The notes under the pieces are model-generated. The model saw only the letters and a program-made list of their open reading frames with translations, did not search any database and was not told where the DNA came from. A DNA stretch of 64,000 bases, taken from positions 1,265-65,264 of the forward strand of contig JANNCY010000141.1 of the NCBI GenBank assembly GCA_031387085.1, read 5' to 3'. The DNA is from Flavobacteriales bacterium (GTDB taxonomy: Bacteria > Bacteroidota > Bacteroidia > Flavobacteriales > Flavobacteriaceae). Of the stretch, positions 61,292 to 64,000 are shown piece by piece (the stretch's first letter is position 1; each line of letters begins with the position of its first letter). The position numbers and the translations under genes were made by a program.

Positions 61292-61348
61292 CTTTGCGAA
61301 CTTTGCGCTGTCATCCTGAGCTTGTCGAAGGACTTTGCGCTCTTTGCG
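61292..61348 (+). repeat. CTTTGCG 9-bp-period array interrupted by a REP-like GTCATCCTGAGCTTGTCGAAGGA
   Basis: CTTTGCG at 61292, 61301, 61333 and 61342; insert at 61310-61332. Confidence 0.75.
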
Positions 61349-61363
61349 GTTAAATAAAAAACC

Positions 61364-61738
61364 ATGGAAATAGCAATAATAGCCCACGACGGAAAAAAGG
61401 CAGACATCGTTCAGTTTTTAAACAAAAACAAGGACTTGCTTTCTAAAGAAAACATAAAGCTTATCGCCACAGGAACTACAGGTGGCAGAGCAGAAAAAGC
61501 CGGATTTAAAGTCAAGAAAATGTTGTCCGGACCCTTAGGTGGTGATGCTCAAATTGCAGCGCGTGTAGCGGAAGGAAAAACAAAAATGGTATTGTTCTTT
61601 AAAGATCCGAATTCGAGTCACGCACACGAAGCCGATATTAATATGCTCATTCGCATTTGCGATGTGCATAACGTTCCATTGGCGACTAATGAAGCTACGG
61701 CTCAGTTGTTACTTTTGGGATTGGATGAAATGAAGTAA
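61364..61738 (+). CDS. mgsA: Methylglyoxal synthase
   Basis: IAHDGKK, ATGTTG, SGPLGGDAQI, FFKDP, HEADI and PLATN motifs. Confidence 0.93.
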   Translation: MEIAIIAHDGKKADIVQFLNKNKDLLSKENIKLIATGTTGGRAEKAGFKVKKMLSGPLGGDAQIAARVAEGKTKMVLFFKDPNSSHAHEADINMLIRICDVHNVPLATNEATAQLLLLGLDEMK

Positions 61739-61743
61739 AAAAC

Positions 61744-62124
61744 CTACTTCACAGCAATCATCGAAATTTCTACATTCACTCCTTTTGGCAAACCTGCTAC
61801 TTGAACAGTTTCTCTTGCTGGTGCCGTTTTTTCATCAAAATAAGTTCCGTAAACGGAATTAATTCTGGTAAAATCATTCATATCCATTATAAAAATGGTT
61901 GTTTTTACCACATTTTCAAAAGTCATATCAGCCGCTTCAAGAACCGCTTTCATGTTTTCCATGACTTGTTTGGTTTCGGTTTCGATGTTGTCCAATACCA
62001 ATTCCATTGTACTCGGATTTAAAGCAATCTGACCTGAAGTATACAATGTATCTCCAATCAAAACCGCTTGATTGTAGGGTCCGATTGGCGCTGGCGCTTT
62101 ATCTGTGATGATTATTTTTTTCAT
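61744..62124 (-). CDS. RidA/Rid family reactive-imine deaminase
   Basis: APAPIGPYNQA, SGQI, PARETVQVAGLP and VEIS motifs. Confidence 0.93.
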   Translation of the reverse strand: MKKIIITDKAPAPIGPYNQAVLIGDTLYTSGQIALNPSTMELVLDNIETETKQVMENMKAVLEAADMTFENVVKTTIFIMDMNDFTRINSVYGTYFDEKTAPARETVQVAGLPKGVNVEISMIAVK

Positions 62125-62147
62125 AGCAACTAAATTTAACTTCGTAG

Positions 62148-64000
62148 TTATCGCAATTGTTTATCAGGCTGCGAACGTTTGTCCCATTTAATATCACTCA
62201 GCACACCCGATTTAATTCCGATAAAGAATCCCCAATACGTATAATTTCCAAAAGGAACCCAGTTAAAATCCATTCGCCAGCTCAACAAATCGCGTTCAAA
62301 ACGCAGTTGCGTAAAAGTAACTCCTTTTTGAACAAAATCGTAACCTGTTGAAATTCCGACTTTCCATTTGGGAGTCAATGTTGTATTAGCAGAAATCATC
62401 AACGAATTGCTCGTTATTTTATTTTCTCGATTGTTATTTCCATACGTAATTGAATACGCCATAGTCAAATCCCATGGCAATTTCGATTTATAAAAACCAA
62501 TAAATTCCTCGTCTTCATCACTTTCTTCAAACTGACTATCGCGCCGGTCACTCAAATCGGTATTGGTTCCGAATAAGTCGTCTGTTCTTCCTCCGTTTCG
62601 AGCTCCTTGAGAATTTTCTTTTTCTTTTTTATCCTTATCCTTCTTATCAAAATCAGAACTTACTAAAGAAAAATTCATCGTCATATTGGCACTTGTCATC
62701 CGAAATAAACTTCCGCCATTGTCAATGTTGAAGGTATCCATTCGTCTACCATTATTATCAATAGAATACGGATCGAGTGTCGTAGCAAAATTGATATTCA
62801 TTTTTTGTTTGAACAATTGTGTTCCTCCGCTAATTCGCAACGGAGCCCAACGCAATGAATCGGCAGCCATATCGTAACTTGTTGAAAAGTTTAAATTGTT
62901 CAATAACATTATTTTCTTTGGTTCCGTTTTGGTTGAATCGCGGTCGGTCACTTTGGCTTCAAAAGTATTGCTCAAACTAAATCCAACATTGTTAGAATAA
63001 TTATTACTAGGCGCACCAAAAACACCACCTTCAAATCGAGTATATTCTTTAATCATAGTGCCACTTCCATCCGAATCATACGTATCATAATACTTACTAA
63101 AACTCGGTGCATAACTATGTGAAACAGAAGGACGCATGACATGTCGAATGGATTTTATTCTCTTTTTTTCTCCAAAATTAAAGGTTCCGTAAATGGTGGT
63201 TCCTAAGCTATTAGAAAGCGAATAGGTTCTATATGCATCAAATCCACCAACATCGGTATTAACTACTTGATTTAAAGTAGAATCGTAGGTTTTATTTACC
63301 GTTTTAAATTGCCAAACTTCTCTGTAATTAAAGGAAGTCGATGCACTTAAATATTTCAATATTTTAAAATTCGTACTCAACGGAATCGTATGTTCAAATC
63401 CAGTTAAAGCTTGTTTGAACATTTCCTTTTTGAAAAATAAGGAATCGGTTGTAGCAATTCTATTTTCTCCTCTTAAATTGTATTGTAAATTGATGTTTTT
63501 AAAGAATCCCTTTTTAACGCCGTCTCTCGGTGCAAACGGAAAAATTCGTTCAATACTGGCTTGCAATGTAGGAAGCGTCATATTGATTTGTTCGGTTTGT
63601 GTATTTTGGGAATGTGTTGCAGATATCGATAAATTAGCTTGCGGAACCGTATTAAAAGTTTTCGAATAGGAAATAGAAGAACTCAGCGTGTTATTAAGAT
63701 TGGAACCAACATTCACCTGATTTAATGACTGCTGAAAGTATTTACTGCTTCCTAAGTTCACCGATGCCGAGAACCGCGAATTTGGATTCGATTTAGGATC
63801 TTTAGAATGCGACCATTGAATGTTGTAAATTTTGGTTTTGGAGTAATCCGGAAATCCACGTTCGCTATTAATCAAATCTTCATATCTAAAATTAACAGTA
63901 CCATTGTATTTATATCTTTTGGCGTAATTGGATTCAAAACGCAACGCATAACTGCCATTGGTATAATAATCGCCTAAAACAGCGAGGTCGTAATTATCAC
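62148..64000 (-). CDS. lptD: Putative LPS-assembly outer-membrane protein LptD, C-terminal part; runs off the window edge
   Basis: The frame stays open to 64000 (…DNYDLAVLGDYYTNGSYALRFESNY…); beta-barrel character; ends RDLLSWRMDFNWVPFG...FFIGIKSGVLSDIK. Confidence 0.8.
   Translation of the reverse strand, partial: DNYDLAVLGDYYTNGSYALRFESNYAKRYKYNGTVNFRYEDLINSERGFPDYSKTKIYNIQWSHSKDPKSNPNSRFSASVNLGSSKYFQQSLNQVNVGSNLNNTLSSSISYSKTFNTVPQANLSISATHSQNTQTEQINMTLPTLQASIERIFPFAPRDGVKKGFFKNINLQYNLRGENRIATTDSLFFKKEMFKQALTGFEHTIPLSTNFKILKYLSASTSFNYREVWQFKTVNKTYDSTLNQVVNTDVGGFDAYRTYSLSNSLGTTIYGTFNFGEKKRIKSIRHVMRPSVSHSYAPSFSKYYDTYDSDGSGTMIKEYTRFEGGVFGAPSNNYSNNVGFSLSNTFEAKVTDRDSTKTEPKKIMLLNNLNFSTSYDMAADSLRWAPLRISGGTQLFKQKMNINFATTLDPYSIDNNGRRMDTFNIDNGGSLFRMTSANMTMNFSLVSSDFDKKDKDKKEKENSQGARNGGRTDDLFGTNTDLSDRRDSQFEESDEDEEFIGFYKSKLPWDLTMAYSITYGNNNRENKITSNSLMISANTTLTPKWKVGISTGYDFVQKGVTFTQLRFERDLLSWRMDFNWVPFGNYTYWGFFIGIKSGVLSDIKWDKRSQPDKQLR

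Overview
AT-rich Bacteroidota chromosome segment, most likely Flavobacterium or a close relative, judged from protein similarity recognised by eye, TAnnTTTG promoters and a T9SS C-terminal domain. It is mostly housekeeping: DUF47-PiT phosphate uptake, prfB with its programmed frameshift, ltaE, oligopeptidase B, gcvT, thrABC, hutH, rimK, clpC, gyrA, tRNA-Ser/Pro/Arg, tsaD, tamB, pfkA-gap-kinase-mgsA and a partial lptD. No CRISPR array, rRNA, integrase or transposase is visible. Main candidates for follow-up: (1) a three-unit gene-cassette array at about 19.2-21.85 kb, in which each ORF is followed by an attC-like palindrome (AAC...GTT ends) and no integrase is present in the window; (2) the two convergent operons around it (15.4-27.0 kb), encoding three ATP-grasp-like ligases, a YbdK/GCS2 ligase, a class I glutamine amidotransferase-like enzyme, an M17 peptidase and two esterases, which looks like an uncharacterised peptide/amide synthesis-and-turnover system; (3) an uncalled 35-aa Thr-rich leader peptide upstream of thrABC; (4) a candidate ~60-nt small RNA with its own promoter and terminator downstream of prfB; (5) many 7-, 8- and 9-bp-period inverted tandem arrays and Flavo-1-like/REP-like elements at gene ends; (6) a TMEM175 gene whose expected ATG reads ACG. 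All family assignments come from motif recognition by eye; no database search was run.
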